NCBI GenBank assembly: GCA_963693365.1
Contig: CAVNZM010000001.1
Coordinates: 11,930,161 to 11,994,160 of the forward strand
DNA from: Amoebidium appalachense
Lineage: Eukaryota > Protista > Ichthyosporea
Length of the DNA: 64,000 nt
Direction: 5' to 3'
The position numbers were made by a program, and so were the translations under genes. This document shows, one piece after another, positions 10,808 to 24,191 of this stretch; positions within the stretch are counted from its first letter, which is position 1; each line of letters starts with the position of its first letter. Under the pieces are notes generated by a model. That model did not search any database, was not told the DNA's origin, and was given only the letters and a program-made list of their open reading frames with translations.

Positions 10808-11352
10808 CGTGTGTGCGTGTCCGTGTGTGCAGTGTGGGGCTTGGTGGTGGTGGTGGTGGTGTTGGGGGGGGGGGGGGGGGGGGAGGGAAAGAGGGGAAGT
10901 GGGGGAGGGGTGGACGGGGGGAGGGGGGGGGGGGGAGGGGATCCTTTGTGTTTGTATTATGTGTATAAGAGAGTAGCAATAGGGTCGTGAATAAAACTTG
11001 GAACTGCAAAAAGGGAAGAAATAAAATTCACTCAGCTCTCAGTACAGCTTGCCAGCACCCTTGCTTTGCAAACCAAGGGTGAGTGAAAGTGCCCCCATAG
11101 ACGGTTGAAAGCCTTTACTCCCTTGCGGATTAATGGGAATTAATGGGAGAAACAGCCTTTCTAGACGCAAAAACTTCTGCCTTTTCAGTCTCTACACTCT
11201 ATAAGGGGAGGGGTGTGCTGAGCAGGTGTGCTGTCGGTTCTCGACATACATGGGCAGGCGCATCTAAGGCTGTGTTCTGGTGCAGCCACCGAAGCCCACA
11301 GCACACAGACTACTCCCACCCAACAGAGTAAACAGGAGGATTACAATGATGC

Positions 11353-11458
11353 AAAAAGCGCACCCTATGTGGAGCTATAGCCATTTTTGTATTGAACATC
11401 AAAAAAAAAAGCGCACCCTATGTGGAGCTATAGCCATTTTTGTATTGAACATCAAAAA
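11353..11458 (+). repeat. Tandem duplication, 53-bp period
   Basis: AAAAAGCGCACCCTATGTGGAGCTATAGCCATTTTTGTATTGAACATCAAAAA occurs twice, joined through an A-run. Confidence 0.95.
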
Positions 11459-11960
11459 CCTCTTTTTGATCTTCCTCTGTGTGGCCCAGCGAAAAATTTT
11501 CTTTTTAAAAAATTAAAAAAAAAGAAGAAGAAGAAGAGAAGTTCGTTTTCGATTCGAAAGGCCAAGAAGGATTTAGATAACGGCGCCACGTAATGCTGCA
11601 ACCATTGGCCTGTTGTTTTGTAGCCAGCTCATCGGTGCTTGGCGCATTCTGAATTTAAACATCTGACCTTTTTAAATGAAATTTACAATGGCAAAATGGC
11701 TTTTTAACAACTTTAATTCTATTTGTACTGATAAATTCTAATAGATCTTGTGCCGTTTTTATGGTTACGTCATCCCTTCCAACACGATACCAGTGGCGTC
11801 CGCCGCCTACAAAAAGCCCTTTAGTTGCTCCAACCTGGTGGTGAGAAGGTTTGTCACAAAGTACGTTCCTCAAACTTGGTGTTTTTACCTTTTTTATTTT
11901 TCAAGGTTATACCCTGGATTTTGGTATTGGTTTTTTTCTATCTCCACGCCAACGCAGAAA

Positions 11961-14662
11961 ATGGATCCTAACGTAACATTCGGGCTACAGTGTCGTAGGG
12001 AGAGAGATCTGCCCGGAATGCTCTACTCTGTTCCCCTCGAGAAAGTTGAGGTTTCAGCCCGTGTGGTTGACATGGCTGCCGAGGTGAAAGTCGTGCAGCG
12101 CTACCTCAACCCCTTCCCCTACCCTCTTGACCAGTGCACCTATGTGTTCCCACTTGATGAGTCGGCTGCTGTGTGCGGATTTGAAGCGGTCATTAACGGC
12201 AAGGTTATTGTTGGGGAGGTGAAGGACAAGGAGGCTGCACGAGAAACATACGAAACGGCACGAGAGGCAGGGCAAAACGCCTATCTTATGGAGGAGTCAC
12301 GGGCGGACGTGTTTAGTGTTTCGGTCGGAAACCTCCCCACGCACACGGCAGCAACCATCACCATCACCTACCTGACCGAACTGCGTTTGGAGGGTAAGGA
12401 ATATGCCTTTGTATTACCCACGTTCGTTGCACCACGTTACTCCCCAGCAACGGAAACCGATCCCATTCCAGACGGCACTATTCCGACGGCATCTAAGGGG
12501 CTTTCGCTCCAAGTCGAGTTCGACATGGCATCAGACATCCTCTCTATTGCCTCTCCCTCCCATCAGATTGTCTCCGAGTTCAGTCAGTCCAAGGGCAAGG
12601 CTTACCTCTCGTTCAGCGAAGTAGCCCTCGACAAGGATGTTGTTGTTCACGTCGGTCTAAAACAGGAGCACCAAGCACGTGTTTGCTTGGAAACGGATGC
12701 GGAGGGCAGCAAGGTTGCAATGGTTACCCTCGTTCCCAATTTCGACTCATCATCGGCAAAATGCGAGTTCATCTTCGTTATTGACCGATCGGGCAGTATG
12801 AGCGGTGACTCGATTCGTCAAGCATCCAATGCGCTGCAGCTGTTCATGAAGTCGCTTCCCACGGATTGCTACTTTAACATCGTGGGTTTTGGTGACACCT
12901 TCGATTCCCTCTTCTCCAAAAGCGAAAAGTACGGTAGAGACACGCTTCAGAAAGCCGTGTCCTATGCGGAGCAACTTAACGCTGACTTTGGTGGTACCGA
13001 ACTTCTTCCCCCCTCGAGGCCATCTTCAGATTTCCCATCATTGACGGTTACAGTCGGCAGGTGTTCATCTTAACCGATGGAGAGGTGTCCAACACTCAGC
13101 AGGTGATTGATCTGGTGCGAAAGCACGCATCTAAGGCCCGTACCTTCACACTCGGCATCGGCAGTGGCGTGTCGCGCCATCTTGTACAGGGTGTTGCGCG
13201 GGCGGGTCGGGGTACGGCCGAATACGTCACTGACAACCAGCGCATGAACCAGACTGTTATTGGCCAACTTAAGGCGGCACGCCAACCAGCCATCACCGAT
13301 GTCACGGTCGATTGGGGGACGCAAGTAGCACAGGCCGCCCAACCCGGTTCTGGGCCCCCGGCAGCGCGGAGCCTCTTAGGAATGGTGCGCCGAGCAAGCA
13401 GTGGTGTCGCAAGCACCAAGGGAATCCAAACCCCCTTTTGTGTACCTCCGGTGTTCTCTGGCAAGCGCTTCTTCCTCTACTGCTTTTTCGATAAGAATGT
13501 GCCCAACCCTTCCAAGGTCACGGTGAGGGCCCAGTGCCCGGACGGTCCCCTCGAGGTGGACCTGCCCCTCACGTCCGAAAACGTCTACGAGGGGGTAGAC
13601 ATCATGCACCGCCTGGCTGCCCGGTCGATGGTGCGGGACCTGGAGGAGGGCACCAGCTACATGCACGTGGACCCCGACGGGCGCGAACTGCACCCCAACG
13701 CCGCTACTGTCCGAGCAGAAGTCGTGCGCCTTGGTTTGAAGCACCACCTCGCCACCAAGTTTACCTCCTTCGTTGCTGTCGATCCTGAACGCCCCCTTGT
13801 TCCACCACCCCCAGTGTACCCCCAGCAGGAACGGTCCATCCAGTACAGCATGCAATCATGCGCAATGGGTGCCCCACTCATGAGGTCGTCTGGCTTAACC
13901 CCTGCTTCACTTTCAGTATATGACCCAACAATCGAGGACTCGTTTGTCAGTAACATGAGCATCCCTGCTCCTGTGAACGTCGCCCGCTGCAGTGCCCCAG
14001 CACCAAAGTGTAAGAAGTCGGCCGGATTCTCTCTCCCCTCCGTCTCCATGCCGTCCTTCTCCCTCTTTGGGTCCCGCAAGAAATCAGCTCAACCAAGCCC
14101 GGCCCCGCCTCCACCCATGGCCATGGCCCCGGCATGTGCCCCTGCCATGCAGCCACCTCCGGCGCCCGCAGCAAAGTGCTCGGCTGCGCCCTCGCCACCC
14201 ATGCGGGAAGAGTCTGAGGAGGAGTGCGACTACGAGGTTCAAGAAGAAGCACCTGTGAGCCGCAAGAAGATGTCTGCGGCCCCACCAGGGGGTGCTTGCC
14301 GAGCTGTGAGCCCCAAAACCCCAGTTGCACGTTCTGCGAGTGAAGTCCTCTCCCAGTTGGTGCAGAACCAAGAGTTTGACGGCACATTCCCCCTCACCCG
14401 CAAGCTGGCCTACGTTCTGGGTGTGGGCTACGACGAGTCTGTCACTGCAGGCAGAGAGGCGCATTTGGCCGAGGCTGTGTGGGGCACACTGCTTGCCGTG
14501 GTGTTCATGGCTACACGGCTGGGTGGGCTCAAAGACGAGTGGGAGCTGGTGGCTGCAAAGGCCGAGGAGTGGCTGGCTGCACAGCTGGGTGCGGGGCTGG
14601 CCCCGGCAAGGGCTGTTGCAGAGGTGTTTGTGAATAAGAATGCTATGGTCCCGTCTAACTAA
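11961..14662 (+). CDS. VWA5A: VIT + vWA domain protein (VWA5A-like), intronless, with one frameshift at a C-run near 13008-13013
   Basis: VIT domain (YVFPLDESAAVCGFEAVINGKVIVGEVKDKE..FSVSVGNLP), MIDAS motif FIFVIDRSGSMSG, and GGTE. Adding one C restores LLPPLEAIFRFPIIDGYSRQVFILTDGEVSN and joins ORFs 11748-13073 and 13061-14662. The C-terminal LVQNQEFDGTF..WGTLLAVVFM..EWELVAAKAEEWL module is typical of this family. Confidence 0.88.
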
Positions 14663-15092
14663 CGGGCCACTTATCGATTGGGTAGATGACGCACCTTAGA
14701 AGCTAGAGGACTGCTTACGGTCCAATATTGTGAAGTGGTAACTTACAGTTCTGCTAAACCTTGCAGAGAAAATGATTGAATCTGGTTGGTCCTACTTACC
14801 CAATTGCAACGGTCATCATTTTTGGGTGAAAATATGAACCAAATCTGTAATCTGATACATGTCTGCTAGTAGAATTATCGTACTGATATATGAAGCCAGT
14901 GTAGCTACATGTTACATGACATGTTCGGTTACAATCCCCCCTGTGGGGCATCAAACAACTCATAGGTACTTTCATCGACAGTGCGCACATCAGTGCAGAG
15001 TGTTACAGTACTGTGTATTGCACTTTCACGGGTCTTTGATAAACACCTCGCTATTTTTGTCATTCAGAGGCTATATTTATCTGACCAGACAA

Positions 15093-15140
<48 letters not shown>

Positions 15141-15340
15141 ACCACCACCACCACCCCCAACCCACCACCACCCCCTTCCCTCCCTCCCTCCCCGGCGCGC
15201 ACTCCACTGTACCCACTCTCCTTCTGCCACTTCCCCCCTTTCCACTTCCCCTGTTCAACTCCCACCCGTAAGGTCTTGCTTGTTGCTGACTGTTTTTGTT
15301 TGTTTTTTGTTTTTTTCTTTGTTTTTTTCTTTTTTTTTTT

Positions 15341-15382
<42 letters not shown>

Positions 15383-15602
15383 ACAGACTACGTAGTTCGT
15401 AATTTGGGTCAAGGTTGCCCTGAAAACATGGGAAAGGGCATGGGAGACAAGAAGAGGGGAGGCGAAACGATTTGGTAATATTGGAGAGAGGAGGGAGGGG
15501 GGTAATTTGGGAGGAGGAAGGGGGGAGGGGGGAGGGGGGGAGAGGGGAGGGGAAATAAAGGAAGAGGGAAGTATGATTTGTGTACTTTGGTGTGTGTGTG
15601 TA

Positions 15603-15640
<38 letters not shown>

Positions 15641-15840
15641 TGTGTGTGTGTGCTCGCGTGCGCGCGTGCACCTTATTCGACGGTATTTTGGAATATTAGA
15701 AATTTGGGGTCACCTTCTCATGTTGGAGGCAATTTTTTTGATGCTCGAAGACAATTTCTCCCTGTCAAACCAGATTAAATAAGCACCTACTAATTTGATA
15801 AGATAGTAAGATTTTAGTACCTTCTTAACATAAGTGGTAC

Positions 15841-15841
15841 G

Positions 15842-15905
<64 letters not shown>
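15841..15905 (+). repeat. (GTGC)n microsatellite
   Basis: About 16 perfect copies, read directly. Confidence 0.95.
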
Positions 15906-16167
15906 TGTGTGTGTGCGTGCGTGCATGTATGTGTTTGAGTTATTTTTTCTGTATGTTTTTTTTTTTGGGAGGTAAAGAAGGGATGTGCGGGTGTGTGTGT
16001 GAATGTGTGTGAATGTGCAGGGATACGTGTGTGTATATGCTTGTGCGAATGAGCAGGCGCACGTGTATAATAAAAAAATTCAAGATTTTTTTTTGTGTGT
16101 GTGCGCACCCGTGTCACCTTGGGTGAATGTGCAGGCATACGTGTGTGTGGGTGTGTGGGTGTGTGTT

Positions 16168-16244
<77 letters not shown>

Positions 16245-16317
16245 ACGTGCGTGCGTGTGTGTGCGTGTGGGTGGGTGGGTGGGTGGGTATGTGGGTGTGT
16301 GTGTGTACCGTGTGTGG

Positions 16318-16386
<69 letters not shown>

Positions 16387-16395
16387 CGCGCGCGT

Positions 16396-16451
<56 letters not shown>

Positions 16452-17058
16452 GGGGGGTGTCTTGTGGGTTGATATGTAATGGTTGTGGGTGGCCTCGCAA
16501 TGGGTGGATCACTTGCACGCCCACCCATGCATAGTGTATGTGCATACTTTCCACGCATGTGTGTCTGTGTTTTTCATGTGTATGTGCGCTTATGAGCATT
16601 TGTGCGTGACTGGGTGGGTGGGTGAGTGGGGAGTGGTTGATTGCTCCGTTTCTCCTCTCTCGAGGCGCCCCTCCCCCTCCCCCTCCCCGGCCCTCGCTCC
16701 CTCTCTACTTTTTTTTCATTTTCTTCTTCTTCTTCTTCTTCTTCTTCTTCTTCTTCTTCTTTATAGGGAGGGGGGCGGGAAGGCGTGGGGGTGACATTGG
16801 GTATCGAGGGGGTGGTGGAGGGTGGGGGCGGGGGGAGGGGGGGGGGGGGGGGGGGGGGGGGGTGGGGGAAGGAGGATGGGGGGAGAGGGGGGAGGGGGGA
16901 GGGCAGGTACTACTTGAACCGTTGTAGCTTCCAAAGTCAGTCCCTAGTAAATTTGTGTCCAAGGAAAACGTGCGCCCGGCTCTAATGGCTTCTGTGACCT
17001 AGGAAATAATGATAAGGCGCTTCCCTCCGAGTCCCTCCTTGCCCCCCCATCCCCCCCC

Positions 17059-17103
<45 letters not shown>

Positions 17104-17187
17104 CCCCCTTCCCCCTCAAGACTCTAACCCGCCACCAATTAATCCCCTGAGCCGAGCTACAGTCACTCGATTGGGAGAGCTGGCAAA

Positions 17188-17226
<39 letters not shown>

Positions 17227-17327
17227 TGCTATATATTATGATCGGCTGCAGACTTTAACCTTGCGAAGAGCACGAGCAGCATCGAAAGGTGAGCATACAT
17301 AGTTCAGCTCAAACACGTACACATGTG

Positions 17328-17397
17328 CACGTGGGCATGCACACACACCACGTGGGCATGCACGCACACCACGTGGGCATGCGCGTACACGTAGGGC
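17328..17397 (+). repeat. 21-bp minisatellite, ~3.5 copies, each with CACGTG
   Basis: CACGTGGGCATGCAC(A/G)CACAC unit repeated; the last copy is degenerate. Confidence 0.85.
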
Positions 17398-17576
17398 TTC
17401 GGGGTCACCGAGGAGCGAGGAGAAGAGGGGGGGGGGGGGGGTTCGAGTGCAAATGGGCCACACGGAACGTTACCAATTGCAAAGGAGGTCAGTTGTAAGT
17501 AAGGAAGAGAACGATGTGATAAACAATTCACAGATTTATTATTCATCTTCAACTTTCCCTTTGTTGTCCCGCGGGG

Positions 17577-17611
<35 letters not shown>

Positions 17612-18370
17612 AGGGTTGTGGAGAGGGGACTGGGGCGCCTGTGAGGGGTGGGGTGGGGGTGGGGGGGGGGGGGGGGGGGGGGCACACGTATTAAGCAGGA
17701 AGAAGCTAGCCGTGCTGGGATAAAAGGCCGGAAAAAGACGTATTAGTGTAAGTGGGCCAAAACAGACCGTCATAAACGGAGGCTAATGCAGTGCTTTTCC
17801 ACCTTTTTATTACCCTGTTCAGCACTGCTGAGAATTTGGTGGGCACGGCCCCAAAGAGACTTATATTCCTATTTTTTTTATTATTTTTTATAGTATACCT
17901 TTTTCCTGGACTGTGTTCTGTGTACAACTTCAGTGGTGACTCCGTAAAACTGAACAGAAGCACAGAAAAAGAAGGGGGAAGAGGATACTCGGAAGAAGGC
18001 AGAGGGGGTAGGGGGAGGGGGCGGGGGGGGGGGGGGGGGGGGGGGGGGAGGGGAGGGGGGAGAGTAGAGAGTTGAGAGGAGGGTATCTGAGGGTTTGCAT
18101 ATGTGTTTAGAAGATTAATCTAGCTGACCAGTAACCCAAATAAAGTGACCAAGCGAAAGAAAGCATGACAAACTGGGGACGGGAGGGGTGTGACTAAGCC
18201 TTTGTGACATGATCATGAGCAAGGGCAAAGGGCGGTGTGAAAGGCAGATCTAATAGGAGTAAATCGGTATATTACTTTGTACATTGTAACGGGACATGCA
18301 CATATGGTAACGAAAAGAGTAAGAAATTATTACAGCAAAAGAACTTATCTGGATGGGTGGGTGGGAAGAG

Positions 18371-18809
18371 GCAAAGCATGGAGAAGGGGGGAAACGGGGG
18401 GGGGGGGGGGGGGGGGGGGGGTGGGGGGGTGGGGGGGGGGGAAGGGGCGGGAGGTGGTGGGGGGGGGGGGGAGGTGGGGGGCAAACGGTAGACTAGGGAA
18501 GAGGGAAGGGAGGAGAGAGATGTAACCCTGTGAAAGTAAAGCACATCGAAACAAGAGACCACGGACATGAAAGGGAGATTTAACCCTACCATATGCTATT
18601 GCAAGGCAAGTTTTCTAAGGAAAAAAGAAAAGGCAAGAGGGGGAACAGGGAGAAGGAGAAGCTTATCAGAAAGCCGAAGCTGGATACAAAATTAGTTGGG
18701 AGGAAAAGAGAAATCTAATGCTTATAGCAAACATTACTCTAAACCGATTATTGACGAGAGCGTCAAGGCCAAAACAGTGGTTGTGTGTATGGCTGTCGGG
18801 GCTTTGAGG
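18371..18809 (+). repeat. Dispersed repeat family Z, copy 2
   Basis: Same ordered blocks as 9915-10576. Confidence 0.6.
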
Positions 18810-19297
18810 GCACGAAGGAGGGGGGAGGGGAGAGGAGGGGGTGGGGGTGGGGGGGTGGGGGTGGGGGGGGGAGCTTTGTGTGTGACGGAGAACATCGGTG
18901 AGAGGTTCGGAAGAGAGGGGGGGAGGGGGGGGGGGGGAGGAGAGGGGGACGAAGGGGAGGGTGTGTGCGTGTGTGCGTGCGTGTGTGTGTGCGCGTGCGG
19001 CGTGCATGTGTGTGTGTGTGTGTGTGTGTATGTGTTTGCTCGAATGTGTATGTGTTTTTGTGCGTACGTTTGAGCGGGGGAGGGTTGGGGTGGGGTGGGG
19101 TGGGGTGGGGGGTAGGAAGCTTTTTTTTTTTACTTAGAGTATGGGTGAGAGGTTCGGAAGAAAGGGGCAGGGGGGGGAGAGAGAGAGAGGGGGGGGGGGG
19201 GACGAAGGGGAGGGTGTCTGTGTGTGTGCGTGTGTGTGTGTGTGCGCGCGCGCACGTGTGTGTATGTGTGTGTGTGTGTACGTGTATGTGTGTGTGT

Positions 19298-19372
<75 letters not shown>

Positions 19373-19443
19373 GCTTTGAACTACCTGAGTACCTTTACCT
19401 CCGATTCCCCCACTCTCCTCCCCCTCCTTCCCGTCCTCCCGCT

Positions 19444-19478
<35 letters not shown>

Positions 19479-20038
19479 TTCCCCCCTGCCGCCACGCCCC
19501 CCCACCCGCAACCCACCCACCCACCCACCCACCCTTTTTTTTGGTTTTCTTTCTTTCTTTCTCTTTTCTTTTTTGCCACCACCTGCGGTCCCTCATATCG
19601 GCTAAGAAATCCCCTCGAACCTCCAACTACATATGCAATCCACCTACTTTTGCTCTGTAACCGTGATATCATGGCCCAATCGAGTCGCACCAACATTGTC
19701 CCCCCCCCCCCCCGTCACCCCCTCCCCCCCTCCCCCCCGGGTGACACACACACACATACATACAACCACCTCCACCCCACCCACACTCTCCCACTCTTCC
19801 ACACATTAGCACGGTGTTGCCGTGAACTCTTACTTCCTAGCCATGCTTGTGAATAACGGGTCTATTGACACAAATGTCATGACGTAAATACAAGAAATCA
19901 GTAGACTTTGCGAAGTTGTCCTTTTCGTAATTTAATCATCAGTGCTGGTGCATTCCTTGGTGCCACAGTGGTAAGCAGACATCCCTTTGTGTAGCACTAA
20001 TACAGAGACTATTCAATCATCAAGGAACCTTCAGAAGA

Positions 20039-20543
20039 AGGACCCAACCACATTGGCAGAGTCAACTTGCTCCGAGCAGAATTATTCTGCTAAAAGCAGG
20101 ATTATTCTGCTAAAGGCGGAATTATTCTGCTAAAGGCGGAATTATTCTGCTAAAGGCAGTATTGTCCTGCCAAAAGCAGAGTTATTCTGCTCAGGGCAGA
20201 ATAATTCTTCTAAAAGCAGAATTATTCAGCAAAAAGAAGAAATATTCTGCAAAAGCAGAATTATTTGGAAAAAACAGAATCATTCTGCTAAAAACAGAAT
20301 TATTCTTCAAACAGCAGAATTATTCTGCTAGAAACAAGTTTATCCTGCTGCCGGGAGCGGAACAATTCTGCTTTTAACTGAATAATTCTGCTAAAAGCAG
20401 AGTGATTCTGCTATAATTCTGCTTTTTGCAGAATGATTCTGCTTTTGCAGAATGATTCTGCTTTAGCAGAATATTATAAACTCATTTTCTAGCAGAATGA
20501 TTCGGCTCGGAGCAAGTTGACTCTGCCGATGTGGTTGGGCCCT
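20039..20543. mobile_element. Foldback/MITE-like non-autonomous DNA element with ~55-bp terminal inverted repeats and an internal 20-bp palindrome array
   Basis: Left end AGGACCCAACCACATTGGCAGAGTCAACTTGCTCCGAGCAGAATTATTCTGCTA versus right end (reverse complement) AGGGCCCAACCACATCGGCAGAGTCAACTTGCTCCGAGCCGAATCATTCTGCTA. About 21 internal GCAGAAT-N-ATTCTGC units. AGA flanks both ends (possible 3-bp TSD). Confidence 0.8.
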
Positions 20544-20860
20544 AGAAGGGTACTATGTATAGTAGCTACCGTGAATTTCAAGTTTGTCACAGTGGATAGT
20601 GGTTATTCATAGTCAAGCTTGCTAGTAATTGTGTGGTTATATATACATGTTGGAGTATGCCTAGTCTGCACTGAGTGACATAATAACCACATGTATCTAC
20701 ACATCCACAGGGTACACATAGTTTTTGGGACATGTACATGCACACTTGCGCGCACGGACACAAGCGTATGCGCCCGTCGCGCACACAAATTTAAACGGAC
20801 ACAAGCATGCACACATGCGCATGCACACACATACACACAAACGCACACATCGAACACAGG

Positions 20861-20921
<61 letters not shown>

Positions 20922-21071
20922 ACACACACACAGTGACCACACGCACACACACAGGTGAACGTGTGTATGTGCGTGCTGTGTATATGTGTTGACCAGTCCT
21001 CACACAGTGTATGTGCGTGGATCATGATTCGCGTGGCACTGCGTACTGTATGTGGGTACCCGGCGACCTGC

Positions 21072-21237
21072 GGCCCGTTGAGTGGATGGATGTGCGGACG
21101 CGCACGGCCCGTTAGGGATTTTTGAATTTGAAATGGGGGAAGGGAGAGTAGTAATTACCGACGTGGCCCGTTGAGTGGATGGATGTGCGGACGCGCACGG
21201 CCCGTTAGGGGTTTTTGAATTTGAAATGGGGGAAGGG
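21072..21237 (+). repeat. Near-tandem duplication, 73-bp unit, 93-bp period
   Basis: GGCCCGTTGAGTGGATGGATGTGCGGACGCGCACGGCCCGTTAGGG(A/G)TTTTTGAATTTGAAATGGGGGAAGGG at 21072 and 21165. Confidence 0.95.
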
Positions 21238-22352
21238 CCCCCGCCCCCCTAGGGGGGGGGGGGGGACCCACCTGGCCGAGTGGGGTGGCTGGTCCCCCCC
21301 CCCCCCCCCCCCCCCTCCTCTTCCCCCCCCTGCATGCGCGTGATCATGGTATTAAAGAGTCCCCGAGGTTTTCACCCACCAAGGACGGTATTCTTTTTGG
21401 CCACTGATGCATATTCCCCTCCTGTTCCCCCCTCCCCCCCCCCCCCCCCCCCAATACACACACACACTCACGTGCACACACACACACGCACCACACACGC
21501 GCGCGCGTGTGCCCGCGCACGCACGAACCCATACATGCACACACACACACGCACGCACGCGCAGCCGTACACACATACGCACACACGCGCGCGCAACACA
21601 CACACTGTCACACACACACACACTCACACACACAAACACACACACACGTGCGCGCACTGTGACACACTGCAGACACACACACACACGTGCGCGCTGTAGA
21701 CATGGTTGTGTACATTCACGTGCACACCGTGCTGTTCCCCCACAACCAGTCTACGTGCCTTTGTGTCTTCTCGCCAGAGGCTGGAATAGAGCCTCGGAAG
21801 CAGCCATCAATCGGCTGCATCACTTTTAGCTGTATTCCTTATTAGGGCAGTTGCTCTGCACCTTATGTATGCATTTAGGAGCGATGCAAAGAACGTGAAC
21901 ACTTTGCCAGCATGTATCTTAGGTGTACGGCACACACTGTGTGCCGTAGACACTTTATTGGGCACTAGACATACACATGTAGCACTGTAGTATAACTTGA
22001 AGCTAGATTATGATCACCCAGGAGAAGCTCATGTACTCATGTATATGTCATGTACTTTATTTTAAGTAGGGCCACATGCCTATTGGCTGTCGCCATACAA
22101 AAGTATGCGAGCAGTGCTCTCCGGACCGGCGGAAACCAAGGGACTATAAAAGGCTGGTACATTCCAGACTTGAGTCACTTGGGCGGGGCTGTGTGTCCGA
22201 GTAAACGTTACACTAGTCGTGCGGTGTCAGACTAGCTGTAGCACCCGCTTTCTTGTCTCTATACTTACGTGCTTCTCCTAGCCTGCATATGTTAACTAGG
22301 GCATAGTATTAGGGTATACACACCCTGGTTTTCAGCGCGTGCCTGTACACGC

Positions 22353-22389
<37 letters not shown>

Positions 22390-23216
22390 TCCCACCCGTT
22401 CGTGCCCTCAGGGAGGGGGGGGGGGGGGGAGGGGGAAGGGAGGGGGGGGGGGGGGCGGGGAGGGGGGACTACTAGACCGTATGGCATATAGCCTGAGTTG
22501 CAGGTGATCATGGAATCCTATTAGTTAGCCTCAATATTTACGTTAGCTTTGGCATTGTATGTAAACCGCTGTGATCAGGAATATCTGATATCATACGTTA
22601 CATAATGTCAGCCTATGGGGTGGGTGGGTGGTGGGTCCCCCCCTCCCCCCCCCCCCCCCCCTGCTCGCCGGAGGGGTGGGTGCCCCCCCCCCCCCCCCCC
22701 AAGTTATTACTACCCCCCTCCCCGTTTCAAAATCAAGAATCCCTTACTACGGTGCAGGTGTCGACGTCTGCGTGTGCGTGTACATCATGCGCGGCTTGCG
22801 TGTGTGTACATGTACACTTGCGTGCGTACGTTCCTACTCAAAACTGTATGCGTACCTTGCACGTTTGGTGTACAGGCACAAAGTGTTTTCCCTTTAGCCA
22901 GACCAGGCTAGTGACACTAGCAGGGGGGGGGGGGGGAGGGGGGGGGGGGGGGGAAGCGAGGGGAGGGAGGGGTTTGAAGAGAGAGCGGCGGAAAATGAAT
23001 GAGAAGGGCTGAATGATTGCAGTGTGTGGTCCTTGTTTTTCTAGATGCTACTTGTGACCCGTGTAATGGGTGTACGTGTGTGTGTGCGTGTATATGCGTG
23101 CATGTGTGTGTATGCTTGCTTGTGTCTCCGTGTGTGTGTGCGTGTGTTTGTGTGTGTGTGCTCGTCTGTATGTGCGCGCGTGTGCGCTCATGCGTCTGTC
23201 TGTGTGTCTGTCTGTC

Positions 23217-23288
<72 letters not shown>

Positions 23289-23494
23289 GTGGTGGTGGTG
23301 GGGGGGAGGGGCGGGGGGGGGGCGCGAGGGGAGGGAGTGCTTGTGGGTGTATGGGTGGGCGAGTGTGTGAATGTGCAGGCACACGTGCATTTGTGTGAGC
23401 GTGTGTGCCTGTGTGCATGTGCAAGCGCACGCGTATTCAATTATTACTATTATTATTATTGCGCACATGTGTGTAACGTGTGCGGTTGGGTGTG

Positions 23495-23525
<31 letters not shown>

Positions 23526-24191
23526 TTGGTGTGTGTGTTGGGGAGGGGGGAGGGGGGGGGTCTGTGGGGTGGGGTGTTGGTGTTTGCATGCACGCTCGCT
23601 CATGTATGTGCATTCTTTTCATGCGAGTGTGCATGTAATCTTCATGTATAAGTGCATATATGAACATTTGTAGGTGACTGGGTGGGAGGGTTGATACCTC
23701 CGTTCTTTCTCTCCCTCTACCCCCCCCCCCCCCCCTCCCTTCCTTCCCCCCCCCCCCCCTCCCCCCCCCCCCCCCCCCCCCCCCCCCGGCGCCTTCTTTT
23801 TTCAAGGGGGAGGGGGGAGGGGGGATGAAACTCGGGCGGGGAGGGGGTGGGGGCAGGGATGGGGGGAGGGGGGGAAGGGGTGCCGGGGGGGGAGGGGGAG
23901 GGTGGGTGGGGGGAGGGGGGGGCCTGAGGTAAAGTAGGTAAAGGGCAGGCTTGAAAACCTTAACATCCCCCCCCTCCCCCCCCCCCCCCCCCCCCCCCCC
24001 CCCTCACCCCCCTTCTCCCCTCCCCCCGCTCTTCCCCTCTCCTCTCCCCCTCACCAACCTCCTTCCCCCCCCCCCTCTACATTTGCGGCCTTGTTTGATA
24101 AGAACATCAAAACCCCTTCCTAACACCTACTGTTGTCTTGGGAATACCCCCCCCCCCCCCCCCCAATCCATTTTCCCCCCTGCCCCAGCAT

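Noticed and set aside
11040-11400. Definite RNase MRP/P, SRP or 5S-derived RNA
   Set aside because: Only partial motif echoes; the required pairings could not be built. Kept only as an unassigned structured candidate.
20076-20510. Palindromic repeat array as a CRISPR array
   Set aside because: Linkers are ~5 nt and not unique spacers, there are no cas genes, the array lies inside TIRs, and the context is eukaryotic.
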